64,000 bases of DNA, taken from NCBI GenBank assembly GCA_047605865.1, contig JASGFC010000006.1, positions 145-64,144 of the forward strand, read 5' to 3'. Source of the stretch: Micrococcaceae bacterium (GTDB lineage Bacteria > Actinomycetota > Actinomycetes > Actinomycetales > Micrococcaceae). Each line of letters opens with the position of its first letter. Position 1 is the first letter of the stretch. Below the pieces are notes generated by a model that worked only from the letters and a program-made list of their open reading frames with translations, ran no database searches and had not been told where the DNA came from. Below, piece by piece: positions 1 to 10,737 of this stretch. The translations under genes and the position numbers were made by a program.

Positions 1-1548
1 AGAGCGCGTGGACTTAACGTGGTGATGCAAAAGCTTGATCCTTATTTGAATGTTGACCCTGGAACCATGAACCCTTTCCAGCACGGTGAAGTATTTGTTA
101 CCGAAGATGGTGCAGAAACTGACCTTGATATCGGCCATTACGAACGTTTTCTTGATTACAACCTTGATGCCTCAGCTAATGTTACTACCGGGCAGGTATA
201 CCAGAATGTAATCCGTAAAGAGCGAGCTGGTAAATATCTTGGCAATACTGTTCAGGTAATTCCTCATATTACTAATGAAATTAAAGAACGCATGCGCGCT
301 CAGGCTCAAGGCGATAGCGAAGAAAAACCCGATGTCATCATTACTGAAATCGGTGGAACTGTCGGAGACATTGAATCACAACCTTTTCTTGAAGCAGCAC
401 GCCAAGTGCGTCATGATTTAGGTGCAAAAAATGTTTTCTTCCTCCATATCTCACTTGTTCCTTATATTGGCCCATCAGGGGAATTAAAAACCAAACCAAC
501 ACAGCATTCCGTTGCAGCATTGCGCTCTATTGGTATTCAACCACAAGCCCTAGTTCTACGAAGTGATCGTGAAGTGCCAGAAGCGATGCGTGAAAAAATT
601 GCCTTGTTTACTGATGTTGAGCCAGAGGCAATTATCAATGCAGCTGATGCAGCTAGCATTTACGATATTCCCAAAATTTTGCATGAGCAGAATCTCGATG
701 AATACGTCCTTGATCAGCTTGGTCTTGAAGCTAATGATGTCAATTGGACTAAGTGGGACAAAGTTCTTAAAGCAGTGCATGAACCCGAAGATGAAGTTAA
801 TGTTGCCCTGATTGGGAAATATATTGACCTTCCAGACGCTTATCTTTCTGTAACTGAAGCATTACGTGCAGGTGGTTTTGCTAACAATGCAAAGGTCAAC
901 ATCAAGTGGATTGCTTCTGATACTTGTGAAGGCGAAGGGGCAGCAAAACAGCTTAAAGGCATGGATGCAATCTTGATTCCTGGAGGTTTTGGTATTCGTG
1001 GTATCGAAGGCAAGATAGATGCTCTACAGTATGCACGTGAACACAAAATACCAACTCTAGGTTTGTGCTTAGGTTTACAATCAATGACCATTGAGTATGC
1101 TCGCAATGTTGCTGGCATCAAAGATGCTTCTTCAACGGAATTTGATCCAGATACTAAAGAACCCGTTATTTCCACAATGGAAGAGCAACAAAGTATCGTG
1201 GAAGGAAAAGGCGATATGGGCGGTACCATGCGCCTTGGTTCCTATGAGAATAAGCTTAAGCCAGGTAGTTTAGCGGCAAAAACGTACGGCACAACCGACA
1301 TTTCTGAACGTCATCGTCATCGCTATGAATTTAACAACAAATATCGTCAGCAACTAGAAGACGCTGGTCTTGTTGTTTCAGGTATTTACGAAGACAAAGA
1401 TCTCGTGGAGTTCATTGAGCTTCCAGAAGATCAGCATCCTTATTACATCAGTACTCAAGCGCACCCGGAATTGAAATCTAGACCAACTAACCCACATCCA
1501 CTTTTTGCAGGGTTAATTAAAGCAGCATTAAACAAAAAGAATGCCTAG
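1..1548 (+). CDS. pyrG: CTP synthase, 5' end cut by window edge
   Basis: Frame open from nt 1. Synthetase motif [24 protein letters not shown]-terminal class-I glutamine amidotransferase (LGLCLGLQ nucleophile elbow, HRHRYEFN). Confidence 0.97.
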   Translation, partial: RARGLNVVMQKLDPYLNVDPGTMNPFQHGEVFVTEDGAETDLDIGHYERFLDYNLDASANVTTGQVYQNVIRKERAGKYLGNTVQVIPHITNEIKERMRAQAQGDSEEKPDVIITEIGGTVGDIESQPFLEAARQVRHDLGAKNVFFLHISLVPYIGPSGELKTKPTQHSVAALRSIGIQPQALVLRSDREVPEAMREKIALFTDVEPEAIINAADAASIYDIPKILHEQNLDEYVLDQLGLEANDVNWTKWDKVLKAVHEPEDEVNVALIGKYIDLPDAYLSVTEALRAGGFANNAKVNIKWIASDTCEGEGAAKQLKGMDAILIPGGFGIRGIEGKIDALQYAREHKIPTLGLCLGLQSMTIEYARNVAGIKDASSTEFDPDTKEPVISTMEEQQSIVEGKGDMGGTMRLGSYENKLKPGSLAAKTYGTTDISERHRHRYEFNNKYRQQLEDAGLVVSGIYEDKDLVEFIELPEDQHPYYISTQAHPELKSRPTNPHPLFAGLIKAALNKKNA

Positions 1549-2752
1549 ATCTTCTAAAAATGCCACTTTACTGATTTTTATTTTAGCTTGCCTCACGATG
1601 GTTGGCCCACTCACGATAGACCTTTATTTACCTGCATTTCCTGAGATAAAGCAAAATTTTCATACCAGTGACACGATGGTGCAATTAACATTGGCTGGAA
1701 CTGCTCTAGGATTTGCTGTTGGGCAGTTATTCGTGGGGCCTTGGTCTGATACAGTAGGTCGCAGAAAACCATTGCTCATCTGCTCGGCTCTGCATAGTGT
1801 TGCCTGTTTGTCTGCTGTTATCGCCCCAAATATTGAGCTTTTAGCAGTCAGTAGAATTGTTCAAGGAGTAGCTGCTGCATCAAGTATGGCTGTGGCTAGA
1901 GCTGCTGTGAGAGACTTATTTGAAGGTGATGAACTTGTTAAAGCTTTGGCAAGAGTAGCTCTTGTCATGGGAATTGCACCTTTAGCCGCTCCTGTTATTG
2001 GTTCACAGCTTTTGCGTTTTACTACATGGCGTGGTCTCTTTGTCTTCTTAGCTATTTTTGGTTTATTGATGTTCTTAGCGGTTCTATTTGTACTTCCGGA
2101 AACTTTAGCACCCGAGCGTAGAAAGGCTGCCCAACGAGAGAGTAAATATGCTACCTTGCTCAGTGATAAAAAGTTTATGGGTATTGTGCTTGCTGGTGGA
2201 TTTATGACAGGAGTGATGTTTACTTACATTTCGAGCTCTTCTTTCGTTTTTCAAGATATATACGGTTTAAATGCGCAACAATTTGGATATTTATTTACAG
2301 CAATTTCGCTTGCAAATTTAGCAGGGATGCAAATCGGTTCACGTCTTATTCGTCGCTTTAGCGGAGTCAAAGTTTTAATAGTAGCTACTTTTGTTACACT
2401 CTTAGGCTGTATTGTTATATTGATTACAGATGAAATAAATAATAGTATTTTTTCAATCATCATTCCGTTGTGGCTAACCATTTTGTGTTTAGGAATGTGT
2501 TTTATTTCTGTTCAGGTTCTTTCTCTTGCAAACCATGCTAATGAAGCTGGCACAGCTGCAGCCTTAATGGGAGCAAGTCAATTCGGTGTCTCAGCAGTTG
2601 CAACTCCCATTGCAGGTCTTTTTGGTTTAACAAGTGTTAAACCAATGGTATTTGTTATGCTAGGGTTTGCAACGTTTGCACTAGCTAGTATAGTTTTCGC
2701 TGTAAAACCCTTTTCTTCTGATGCCAGAAGAAATTCGAAACGAGTAGAATGA
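1541..2752 (+). CDS. MFS drug-efflux transporter, Bcr/CflA subfamily
   Basis: About 12 hydrophobic segments. Motifs [15 protein letters not shown] and [14 protein letters not shown]. 8-nt overlap with the pyrG stop. Confidence 0.85.
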   Translation: MPRSSKNATLLIFILACLTMVGPLTIDLYLPAFPEIKQNFHTSDTMVQLTLAGTALGFAVGQLFVGPWSDTVGRRKPLLICSALHSVACLSAVIAPNIELLAVSRIVQGVAAASSMAVARAAVRDLFEGDELVKALARVALVMGIAPLAAPVIGSQLLRFTTWRGLFVFLAIFGLLMFLAVLFVLPETLAPERRKAAQRESKYATLLSDKKFMGIVLAGGFMTGVMFTYISSSSFVFQDIYGLNAQQFGYLFTAISLANLAGMQIGSRLIRRFSGVKVLIVATFVTLLGCIVILITDEINNSIFSIIIPLWLTILCLGMCFISVQVLSLANHANEAGTAAALMGASQFGVSAVATPIAGLFGLTSVKPMVFVMLGFATFALASIVFAVKPFSSDARRNSKRVE

Positions 2753-3390
2753 GGAGTATGCTTCAAGATACTCCACTTCAAGACAACATCATCTCCACTG
2801 AGACTGTTTATCACGGTTTTGTATGGGATGTTGTCAAAGAAGATTTTACGCTTGGTTCTGATAAGATTTCCAGAGAGTTTGTGAAACATACTGGTGCAGT
2901 TGCTGTCTTAGCTCTAAACACTAACAATGAGGTATTCCTTATTAAACAGTATCGGCACCCTGTTAGGCGAAAAGAGTGGGAGATTCCAGCTGGTCTGTTA
3001 GACGTCAAAGATGAAGATCCTTGCACTGCTGCCAAGCGTGAACTATGGGAAGAAGCTGACCTTGAAGCCAAAAAGTGGAACGTACTCATTGATTATTACA
3101 CCACACCAGGTGGTAATAACGAGGCAATCCGTATTTTCCTTGCTCAAGACGTAAGCGAAGTTAAAGAAAAGTTCGCTCGCTTCGATGAAGAAGCCCACAT
3201 GGAAACAGGCTGGTTTCCGCTTGAGGAAGTTGTTGAAGCTATTGTGCAAGGTAGAGTGCACAACCCCAGTTTGTGTTTAGGTATCATGACGCTTGAGTAC
3301 CACAAAAAAGCTGGAACGTTGAATCAGTTGCAGAAGCCAGATGTGCCCTTTGAGATTCACATCCCATCGGATAAAGTTATAGACCATTAA
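2749..3390 (+). CDS. NUDIX hydrolase (ADP-ribose pyrophosphatase-like)
   Basis: Nudix box GLLDVKDEDPCTAAKRELWEEADL. Sits between pyrG and xerD as in other actinobacteria. Confidence 0.88.
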   Translation: MRSMLQDTPLQDNIISTETVYHGFVWDVVKEDFTLGSDKISREFVKHTGAVAVLALNTNNEVFLIKQYRHPVRRKEWEIPAGLLDVKDEDPCTAAKRELWEEADLEAKKWNVLIDYYTTPGGNNEAIRIFLAQDVSEVKEKFARFDEEAHMETGWFPLEEVVEAIVQGRVHNPSLCLGIMTLEYHKKAGTLNQLQKPDVPFEIHIPSDKVIDH

Positions 3391-4307
3391 TGCTGATAGA
3401 TCAAGCAATCCAAGAGTTCCTCGTTCATCTCAAAGTTGAACGGGGTCTTGCTGAAAATACTACAAAAGCCTATGAACGAGATACTAAGCGTTATCAAGAG
3501 TTCCTTGAGCACCAAGGAATTGTAGACACAACAAAGATTACTCAACAAGAAATTAGAACTTTCCTCAATACCCTGTTTCAAGGAGATCAGGAACACCTTG
3601 CTTTAAGTAGTAGAAGTTCAGCACGAATTTTGGCTGCTGTGCGTTCTATGCATCGCTTCTGGTTGCAGGAAGGCATTGTTACTCATGATGTTGCTTTCGA
3701 CGTAAAACCACCAAAATTTAACCAAAATCTCCCCAAAGCTTTAACAATTGATCAGGTTCAAAACCTGCTACAAGCTGTTCCAAAGGATAGTCCAACTGCT
3801 TTACGTGATGCAGCTATCCTTGAATTTCTCTATTCAACAGGTGCACGTATTTCTGAAGTTGTCGCTTTAAACGTAGACGATGTTGCAGCAGAAAAAGATA
3901 TGGTTCGCCTTTTTGGTAAGGGAAATAAAGAGCGTATCGTGCCAATGGGTTCTTATGCTCGCAAAGCATTATCAGATTATATGGTGCGAGCTAGACCAGA
4001 TTTTGCTAGCCATGGTAAAGGTACCCCAGCTTTGTTTTTAAATGCTCGTGGTTCACGATTATCGCGCCAAAGTATGTGGGCAATTCTTAAAAATGCTGCA
4101 GCAAAAGCTGGAATTACAGAAGATGTTTCTCCTCATAGTTTAAGGCATTCCTTTGCAACACATTTGCTCTCAGGGGGAGCAGATATACGTGTTGTTCAAG
4201 AACTCTTAGGGCACTCATCAGTCACAACAACGCAGGTTTACACTAAGGTCACTATTGACTCACTCAAAGAAGTTTATGCAACAGCACATCCACGTGCGAA
4301 GTACTAA
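3390..4307 (+). CDS. xerD: Tyrosine recombinase XerD (chromosome dimer resolution)
   Basis: Core-binding N-domain plus catalytic HSLRHSFATHLL ... LGHSSVTTTQVYT. TAATG overlap with the NUDIX gene. Conserved housekeeping synteny. Confidence 0.9.
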   Translation: MLIDQAIQEFLVHLKVERGLAENTTKAYERDTKRYQEFLEHQGIVDTTKITQQEIRTFLNTLFQGDQEHLALSSRSSARILAAVRSMHRFWLQEGIVTHDVAFDVKPPKFNQNLPKALTIDQVQNLLQAVPKDSPTALRDAAILEFLYSTGARISEVVALNVDDVAAEKDMVRLFGKGNKERIVPMGSYARKALSDYMVRARPDFASHGKGTPALFLNARGSRLSRQSMWAILKNAAAKAGITEDVSPHSLRHSFATHLLSGGADIRVVQELLGHSSVTTTQVYTKVTIDSLKEVYATAHPRAKY

Positions 4308-4430
4308 ATAAGACACTAATGTTTCACGCTTGCGCAAACACTTGATTGAAATAAGGGATAGCTTATGAGTTGTTCCTTTATCGTGCCCACGAATGTTAAG
4401 ATGAAATGAAGCCTCAAACAACCCTGGGAA

Positions 4431-5321
4431 GTGTATATATTTATGGCATTTGATATTCCATCTACTAAGCATCATAGCGAGCTTGGTCCAACTGGACGTC
4501 CACTTCAAGATTTTCCTATTCCTCATCCGTTACATGATGGTGGAGCTGCTCGAATCATCGCAATGTGTAACCAAAAAGGTGGTGTTGGAAAAACAACAAC
4601 CACCATCAACTTAGGTGCAGCGCTTGCAGAATATGGTTATCGGGTCCTTATGATTGATTTTGACCCTCAAGGTGCGCTCTCAGCTGGTTTAGGGCTTAAT
4701 CCCCACGATTTAGACGAGACAATCTACAACGTTTTGGTGGATCGCGAAACAGCAATAGAAGATGTGATTCAAAAGTCTGAGCTAGAAAATGTAGATGTAG
4801 CCCCTGCTAATATTGACCTTTCTGCTGCTGAAGTTCAACTTGTTAATGAGGTAGCTAGGGAGCAGATTCTTGCTAATGAGTTACGCAGTATCAAAGACAA
4901 CTACGATTATATCTTCATTGATTGCCAGCCTTCTTTGGGTCTCTTGACTGTCAATGCACTGACTGCAGCACAGGGTGTTATCATTCCTTTGATTTGCGAA
5001 TTTTTTGCTTTGCGTGCTGTTGCTTTGCTACGCCAAACTATTGAAAAAGTCCAAGAACGTCTGAATCCAGACCTTGAACTTGAAGGCGTAATTGCTACCA
5101 TGTATGATTCTCGCACTGTTCATAGCAGGGAGGTGCTTGCTCGTTTGGTGGAAGAATTTGGAGACAAACTCTTTGAAACAGTTATTCGCCGTAGTGTTAA
5201 GTTTGCTGATGCCTCTGTTGCAGCAGAACCAATTACAGAATTTGATTCTACACATCAAGGATCTCAAAGCTATCGTCAACTAGCACGTGAACTAGTTTTT
5301 AGGGAACAGCATGATGGCTAA
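4431..5321 (+). CDS. ParA/Soj-family ATPase, orphan (no parB adjacent)
   Basis: Deviant Walker A NQKGGVGKTTTT and ParA-like fold motifs. Start could also be ATG 4443. Confidence 0.88.
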   Translation: MYIFMAFDIPSTKHHSELGPTGRPLQDFPIPHPLHDGGAARIIAMCNQKGGVGKTTTTINLGAALAEYGYRVLMIDFDPQGALSAGLGLNPHDLDETIYNVLVDRETAIEDVIQKSELENVDVAPANIDLSAAEVQLVNEVAREQILANELRSIKDNYDYIFIDCQPSLGLLTVNALTAAQGVIIPLICEFFALRAVALLRQTIEKVQERLNPDLELEGVIATMYDSRTVHSREVLARLVEEFGDKLFETVIRRSVKFADASVAAEPITEFDSTHQGSQSYRQLARELVFREQHDG

Positions 5322-6072
5322 AAAAGGAAAGAAAGATGTGCATCAAGCCGATGGTGTGCGGCTACAAAAAGTTCTAGCAAATGCTGGTGTTGCTTCCCGT
5401 AGGGTTGCAGAACAAATGATTACTGATGCTCGCGTTGAAGTCAATGGACAAATTGTTACAGAACTTGGCACGCGTATTGACCCAGAAACAGCAGAAATTC
5501 GTGTTGATGATGAACGCATAGTGCTCGATGAAGAACTGCAATATCTTGCTTTCAACAAACCTCGTGGTGTTATTTCCACTATGAGTGATCCTCAAGGACG
5601 TCTGTCTATTGGTGATTTTATGAAGCCAGGAAGTCCTCGCTTGTACCATGTGGGGCGTTTAGATTCTGAAACAGAAGGTTTGATTCTTTTAACTAATGAT
5701 GGCGAATTAGCGCATCGTTTAGCTCATCCTTCCTATGAAGTACCTAAGACGTACCTGGTACAAGTCAAAGGTCCAGTTGCTGTCGATATTGGTAAGAAGC
5801 TGACTAAAGGTATCCAACTTGATGATGGGCTTTCCAAAGTTGATTCTTTCAAGGTGGTAGATAACCTTAAAGGTCATGTAATAATCGAAGTTGTATTACA
5901 CTCGGGCAAGAACAGAATTGTGCGTCGTTTATTTGATGCTGTTGGTTATCCTGTAGAGCGCTTAGTTCGCGTTAAAATTGGCCCAGTTAAGTTATCGCAA
6001 CAGAAACCAAAGTCAACTCGCAGACTTAACAAAAAAGAGCTACGAGAACTTTTTAAACTAGTAAAGATGTAA
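5311..6072 (+). CDS. rluB: Pseudouridine synthase, RsuA/RluB family
   Basis: N-terminal S4 domain (RLQKVLANAGVASRR). Catalytic HVGRLDSETEGLILLTNDGE. 11-nt overlap with the parA stop. Confidence 0.9.
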   Translation: MMAKKGKKDVHQADGVRLQKVLANAGVASRRVAEQMITDARVEVNGQIVTELGTRIDPETAEIRVDDERIVLDEELQYLAFNKPRGVISTMSDPQGRLSIGDFMKPGSPRLYHVGRLDSETEGLILLTNDGELAHRLAHPSYEVPKTYLVQVKGPVAVDIGKKLTKGIQLDDGLSKVDSFKVVDNLKGHVIIEVVLHSGKNRIVRRLFDAVGYPVERLVRVKIGPVKLSQQKPKSTRRLNKKELRELFKLVKM

Positions 6073-6073
6073 G

Positions 6074-7075
6074 ATGCCTACCGTGTTAATCATTGGTGCT
6101 GGAGTACTTGGCACAAGCATGGCTATAGGGCTAAAAACTGCTGGATATGAGGTATTCTTGCACGATACTAATCGCAGTGTTTTGCAAAAGGCTGCTAAAA
6201 TTTCTGGTGCCTCAACAAAAGAGTGCAATCCTGATCTTGTGATAGTGGCAACGCCTCCAGCAAGTACAGCTGACTTAGCGCAGCAAGCTTTGAAAAAATA
6301 TCCACAAGCGATTGTTGCTGATATTGCTAGCACAAAGTCGCTCATTGCTGCTGAAGTCAACAATGAGCGTTTTATTCCAACTCATCCCATGGCTGGTAGT
6401 GAAAAAACTGGTCCCATACATGCTCACGGTAGCTTATTCCATGGAGCAAACTGGGTTGTGTGTCGGCGCAATAAGAGCATTGAGGATATGGTCAAAGCTT
6501 TAGGTGCAACCCCAATTTTTCTTAATCCACAGCAGCACGATGAGGCAGTAGCTTTAGTTTCACATTTGCCACAGCTTTTTGCCTCAATACTGGCAGCACA
6601 GTTAGTTGGTAAACCTGAAGAATACGTACAATTAGCTGGACAAGGTCTTCGTGATACTACTCGAATCGCAGCATCGAATCCAAAGTTATGGCAACAAATT
6701 ATTGCTTCAAATCAGCAAGCACTAGAACCGCTCATGAAGGAAACATATCAGCAGTTCCAACAACTTGATCTCAACAAGACTCAAGACCTTATTGCTCAAG
6801 GCAACGAGGGGCATCGTGCCATCCCAGTCAAGCGTGCTCATAAAACTGGAGAATATATGACTGCAAGTATTGCTATTGATGATAAGCCTGGACAGTGGGC
6901 AGCATTATTGAATACTGTTGCTGCTGCAAATATTAACGTGGAAGATATGCGTATGGAGCATGCGCCTCAGCAACGGATTGGTGTTGTAAAGTTACTGCTT
7001 GCAGCAGATAAAGTAGAGACTTTGCACAAAGTTGTGGAACCACAGTGGGAAATTTTAGACGTAGAAGAAGAGTAA
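6074..7075 (+). CDS. tyrA: Prephenate dehydrogenase with C-terminal ACT-like domain
   Basis: Rossmann IIGAGVLGTS, PDH core HPMAGSEKTG and SHLPQL, C-terminal regulatory domain. Confidence 0.85.
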   Translation: MPTVLIIGAGVLGTSMAIGLKTAGYEVFLHDTNRSVLQKAAKISGASTKECNPDLVIVATPPASTADLAQQALKKYPQAIVADIASTKSLIAAEVNNERFIPTHPMAGSEKTGPIHAHGSLFHGANWVVCRRNKSIEDMVKALGATPIFLNPQQHDEAVALVSHLPQLFASILAAQLVGKPEEYVQLAGQGLRDTTRIAASNPKLWQQIIASNQQALEPLMKETYQQFQQLDLNKTQDLIAQGNEGHRAIPVKRAHKTGEYMTASIAIDDKPGQWAALLNTVAAANINVEDMRMEHAPQQRIGVVKLLLAADKVETLHKVVEPQWEILDVEEE

Positions 7076-7084
7076 GGAACAGTC

Positions 7085-7735
7085 ATGGGATATATTGTAG
7101 CTATTGATGGGCCAAGTGGTTCTGGAAAATCTAGCGTTGCTAAGGCAGTTGCACAAAAACTAGCTTTTAGTTATCTCGATACTGGTGCCATGTATCGTGC
7201 AGCCACATGGTGGTGTTTAGACCAAGGTATTGATTTACATGATGAAGCAGCTGTTACTGCTGCAGTAAAAGCCATGCCACTAGAACAAAGTACAAATCCT
7301 AACAGCGAAAAACTTAAAGTAGCAGGCACTGATATCACGCAGGCAATTCGAGAACCACGAATTTCAGAAAATGTTAGCACTATTGCTACAAATAAGTCTG
7401 CTAGGGAATTCCTTGTTCAACTGCAACAAGATATTGTTTCTCATTCACAAGAGGGCATTGTCGCTGAGGGTCGCGATATTACAACCGTTATTGCTCCACA
7501 AGCCCAGACGCGTATTTTGTTGACAGCAAGCCCTGAAGCGCGCATGAAACGACGAGGACTCGAGCTCAATGAGAAAGACACGAAAGATCTTGAAAAGCAG
7601 ATCATTGAACGAGACAAAAAAGATTCCAAAGCAGCAGATTTCACAACTGCAGCAGCTGGAGTTACAACTATTGACTCAACAGATTTAACCTTTGATCAGA
7701 CTGTTGACGCTGTTTTACAGTTAGTAAAACAATAA
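7085..7735 (+). CDS. cmk: Cytidylate kinase
   Basis: P-loop [21 protein letters not shown] motif, position directly upstream of der. Confidence 0.93.
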   Translation: MGYIVAIDGPSGSGKSSVAKAVAQKLAFSYLDTGAMYRAATWWCLDQGIDLHDEAAVTAAVKAMPLEQSTNPNSEKLKVAGTDITQAIREPRISENVSTIATNKSAREFLVQLQQDIVSHSQEGIVAEGRDITTVIAPQAQTRILLTASPEARMKRRGLELNEKDTKDLEKQIIERDKKDSKAADFTTAAAGVTTIDSTDLTFDQTVDAVLQLVKQ

Positions 7736-7775
7736 GCTATCTCAAATTCCTGCTGGCACACCTAAGAGAGAAAAG

Positions 7776-9326
7776 ATGACTGAAAACGAAAATTCTGAAG
7801 AATATCTAGAAATTCCTGTTCCAGGTTACACTCCTGCTGAAAGCAAGCAAGAGCACACTGCTAGCGAATCTGAGCTGAGTGATGAACAGATGGAACAGCG
7901 CGCAACTTCCTTGCGTGAAGGCTTAAATGAATACGATCTTGATGAAGAAGATTTAGCTTACTTAGACACTGAGGGCATTGCTTTTAAAGCTAAAGAGGAA
8001 GAGGGACTAAATCCCATTCTTGCTATTGTAGGTAGGCCAAATGTTGGAAAATCTACTATCGTGAATAGAATTCTGCGTAGGCGTGAAGCCGTCGTTGAAG
8101 ATGTGCCAGGAGTTACGCGAGATCGAGTTTCCTATCCAGCTGAATGGGGTGGCAAAAATTTTACCATTGTCGATACTGGTGGCTGGGAATCAGATGCCAA
8201 AGGCATGGATAAGAACGTTGCAGATCAAGCAGAACTAGCGGTAGATCAAGCAGACGCTGTGCTCTTTGTTGTTGATTCAACTGTAGGCGCAACGGCAACC
8301 GATGAGGCAGTGGTCAAGATGCTTCGTACAAAGAAAAAGCCAATCATCCTTGTGGGTAACAAACTCGATGATGAAAGCCGTGCCTATGAAGCTTCGTACC
8401 TCTGGAGTTTAGGCGTAGGTGAGCCATATCCAGTGTCTGCTTTGCATGGAAGGGGCATTGCCGATGTTCTAGACAAAGTCATTGAAACACTTCCAGAAAA
8501 GTCTGCACTGCCAGGTAGCGAAGTAACCGGTGGGCCGCGTCGTATTGCTTTAGTGGGGCGTCCTAATGTAGGAAAATCTTCTTTACTGAATAAACTTGCT
8601 CGCAGTGAAAGAGTAGTTGTTAATGAACAAGCAGGCACCACGCGAGATCCAGTGGATGAGCTCGTTGAGCTTGGCGGAGAGCAGTGGAAGTTTGTTGATA
8701 CAGCTGGAATTCGTAAACGCGTACATTTACAAAAGGGTGCAGATTTTTACGCTTCGCTGCGTACTCAAACTGCTATTGAGCGTGCTGAATTAGCGTTAGT
8801 GTTACTTGATGTGTCCGAACCGCTCAGCGAACAGGACGTCCGTATTGTGCAAAAAGTTCTTGATGCAGGGCGTGCATTGGTCTTAGTGTTCAATAAATGG
8901 GACACTCTTGATGATGAGCGCCGTACTTTATTGGAACGCGAAATTGACCTTGACTTTGCTCATGTTGCTTGGGCGCCTCGCGTCAATGTGTCTGCAAAAA
9001 CTGGTTGGCATACAGAAAAGTTAGTGCGAGCAATGCACATTGCTTTAGAATCTTGGGACCGTCGTATTCCAACAGGGCGTTTGAATGCCTTTCTTGGAGA
9101 ACTTGTTGCTGAACATCCCCACCCTTTACGAGGCGGCAAGCAACCACGTATTCTTTTTGGAACTCAAGTTTCTAATAGGCCGCCAAAGTTTGTACTTTTT
9201 ACCACTGGTTTTCTTGAAGAAGGGTATCGCCGTTTTATTATGCGTAGGCTTCGTGAAGATTTTGATTTTGAAGGTTCGCCCATCGAGATTGCTATGCGTA
9301 TTCGTGAGAAACGGAAACGTAAGTAG
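7776..9326 (+). CDS. der: Ribosome-biogenesis GTPase Der (EngA) with acidic N-terminal extension
   Basis: Two tandem G domains ([17 protein letters not shown] and [17 protein letters not shown]) plus a KH-like C-terminus. About 80 aa acidic leader. Confidence 0.95.
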   Translation: MTENENSEEYLEIPVPGYTPAESKQEHTASESELSDEQMEQRATSLREGLNEYDLDEEDLAYLDTEGIAFKAKEEEGLNPILAIVGRPNVGKSTIVNRILRRREAVVEDVPGVTRDRVSYPAEWGGKNFTIVDTGGWESDAKGMDKNVADQAELAVDQADAVLFVVDSTVGATATDEAVVKMLRTKKKPIILVGNKLDDESRAYEASYLWSLGVGEPYPVSALHGRGIADVLDKVIETLPEKSALPGSEVTGGPRRIALVGRPNVGKSSLLNKLARSERVVVNEQAGTTRDPVDELVELGGEQWKFVDTAGIRKRVHLQKGADFYASLRTQTAIERAELALVLLDVSEPLSEQDVRIVQKVLDAGRALVLVFNKWDTLDDERRTLLEREIDLDFAHVAWAPRVNVSAKTGWHTEKLVRAMHIALESWDRRIPTGRLNAFLGELVAEHPHPLRGGKQPRILFGTQVSNRPPKFVLFTTGFLEEGYRRFIMRRLREDFDFEGSPIEIAMRIREKRKRK

Positions 9327-9350
9327 TTCTTGCTTGTAAAAGTCTTCTAG

Positions 9351-9412
9351 CTATGTGCGTTTATCGTGAAATAGTGCGTTTGAGCGTGCACTTTTACGAT
9401 AAATGCACATAG
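9351..9412. repeat. Long imperfect palindrome downstream of der
   Basis: CTATGTGCGTTTATCGTGAAA ... TTTACGATAAATGCACATAG pair with one G.T and one bulge. An inner AGTGC/GCACT stem extends the helix. No U-tract follows. Confidence 0.75.
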
Positions 9413-9639
9413 AACACTCAAAAAGTTCTTACTCAACTCATTCTCACAGGCAGCAATAAATTTGTTGTAAAAATGAGATATTTACCTCTAAGCACTGATG
9501 TGACTACGATAGAGCCAATGATGAAGTAACAAGTTTCATGATTATCCTTGCTTTGATTACAAAATTGGTGCTGTGTATGTGATTATAGGAATGGGTAAAC
9601 AAGATACCCTTTTTTACTTTTCAATGGAGAGGAGCGCCT

Positions 9640-10737
9640 GTGGCAAGTGTTACCTTTGACAAGGCAACTCTACAGTACCCAGGTACTGAGAAACCTGCTG
9701 TTGACTCGCTTGATATAGCAATCAAAGACGGTGAGTTTCTTGTTCTAGTTGGCCCATCTGGGTGTGGTAAATCAACCACATTGCGAATGTTAGCTGGCTT
9801 GGAGCACAACACTGGTGGACATATTTTTATTGGTGATAGAGATGTCAGCGATGTGCCGCCCAAAGAGCGTGATATCGCAATGGTTTTTCAAAACTATGCG
9901 CTGTATCCACACATGACAGTAGCAGATAACATGGGCTTTGCGCTCAAAATCGCTGGTGTTAGCAAAGAAGAACGTGCACAGAAAGTTCAAAGAGCAGCAC
10001 AGCTGCTAGACCTTGAGCAATATCTTGACCGAAAACCAAAAGAATTATCTGGTGGTCAGCGGCAACGTGTTGCCATGGGGCGTGCTATCGTGCGAAACCC
10101 TCAAGTTTTCTTGATGGATGAGCCGCTTTCTAACCTCGATGCAAAATTGCGTGTACAGACACGTACCCAGATTGCTTCTTTGACTCGAGAGCTTGGAGTC
10201 ACTACTGTTTACGTAACTCACGATCAGGTTGAAGCAATGACTATGGGAGATAGAGTAGCAGTTCTTAAAGATGGAATTTTGCAGCAATGTGCCAGTCCAC
10301 GTGAACTCTATGACCGCCCAGCTAATGCTTTTGTAGCAGGTTTCATTGGGTCTCCTTCCATGAATATCTTAGAACTACCTATTGACGATGGTGGAGTTCA
10401 GTTTGGTGGAACAAAGTTTAAGATTCCGCAGCAAGTTTTCAACGAAGTTCAGAATGATACTGTTCTTGTTGGTGTACGCCCTGAAGATTTAAGTATGGTC
10501 AATGAAGGTACAGCTTCAGGACTTAACGTAGTAGTAGATATCGTGGAAGAACTTGGTGCAGATGCTTATGTTTACGGGCATTGCACGATTGATGGCAAAA
10601 AGCATACTATTGTTTCTCGTGCTTCTGGGCGTAAACCACCAGTAGCTGGCGAAACTATTACTGTATTCCCTGATGTAGAGCAAGTACATCTCTTTGATTC
10701 AAAGACAGGTGAGCGACTTGACAACCAAGACGATTAG
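9640..10737 (+). CDS. Carbohydrate ABC transporter ATP-binding protein (MalK/UgpC/MsiK type)
   Basis: GTG start after GGAGAGGAG. Walker A GPSGCGKST, signature LSGGQRQR, Walker B FLMDEPLSNLD, MalK-type C-terminal domain. Confidence 0.93.
   Translation: MASVTFDKATLQYPGTEKPAVDSLDIAIKDGEFLVLVGPSGCGKSTTLRMLAGLEHNTGGHIFIGDRDVSDVPPKERDIAMVFQNYALYPHMTVADNMGFALKIAGVSKEERAQKVQRAAQLLDLEQYLDRKPKELSGGQRQRVAMGRAIVRNPQVFLMDEPLSNLDAKLRVQTRTQIASLTRELGVTTVYVTHDQVEAMTMGDRVAVLKDGILQQCASPRELYDRPANAFVAGFIGSPSMNILELPIDDGGVQFGGTKFKIPQQVFNEVQNDTVLVGVRPEDLSMVNEGTASGLNVVVDIVEELGADAYVYGHCTIDGKKHTIVSRASGRKPPVAGETITVFPDVEQVHLFDSKTGERLDNQDD

Noticed and set aside
3390-4307. Tyrosine recombinase considered as a sign of a mobile element or integrated island.
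   Set aside because: It sits in the conserved pyrG-NUDIX-xerD housekeeping context and has XerD-type motifs. There are no flanking att-like repeats or phage genes. Across the whole window I found no IS element, transposase, CRISPR repeat array or prophage genes.
4320-4340. TGTTTCACG, a half-site of the parS consensus TGTTTCACGTGAAACA, between xerD and the orphan parA.
   Set aside because: Only the left half matches. The right half is replaced by CTTGCGCAAACA, leaving just 5-nt outer arms. There is no ParB gene nearby, so this is probably chance.
9301-9311. TTCGTGAGAAA inside the der 3' end, identical to the centre of the 14051-14110 palindrome.
   Set aside because: It is a coding sequence (R-E-K-R) with no complementary arm nearby, so this is a chance 11-mer.
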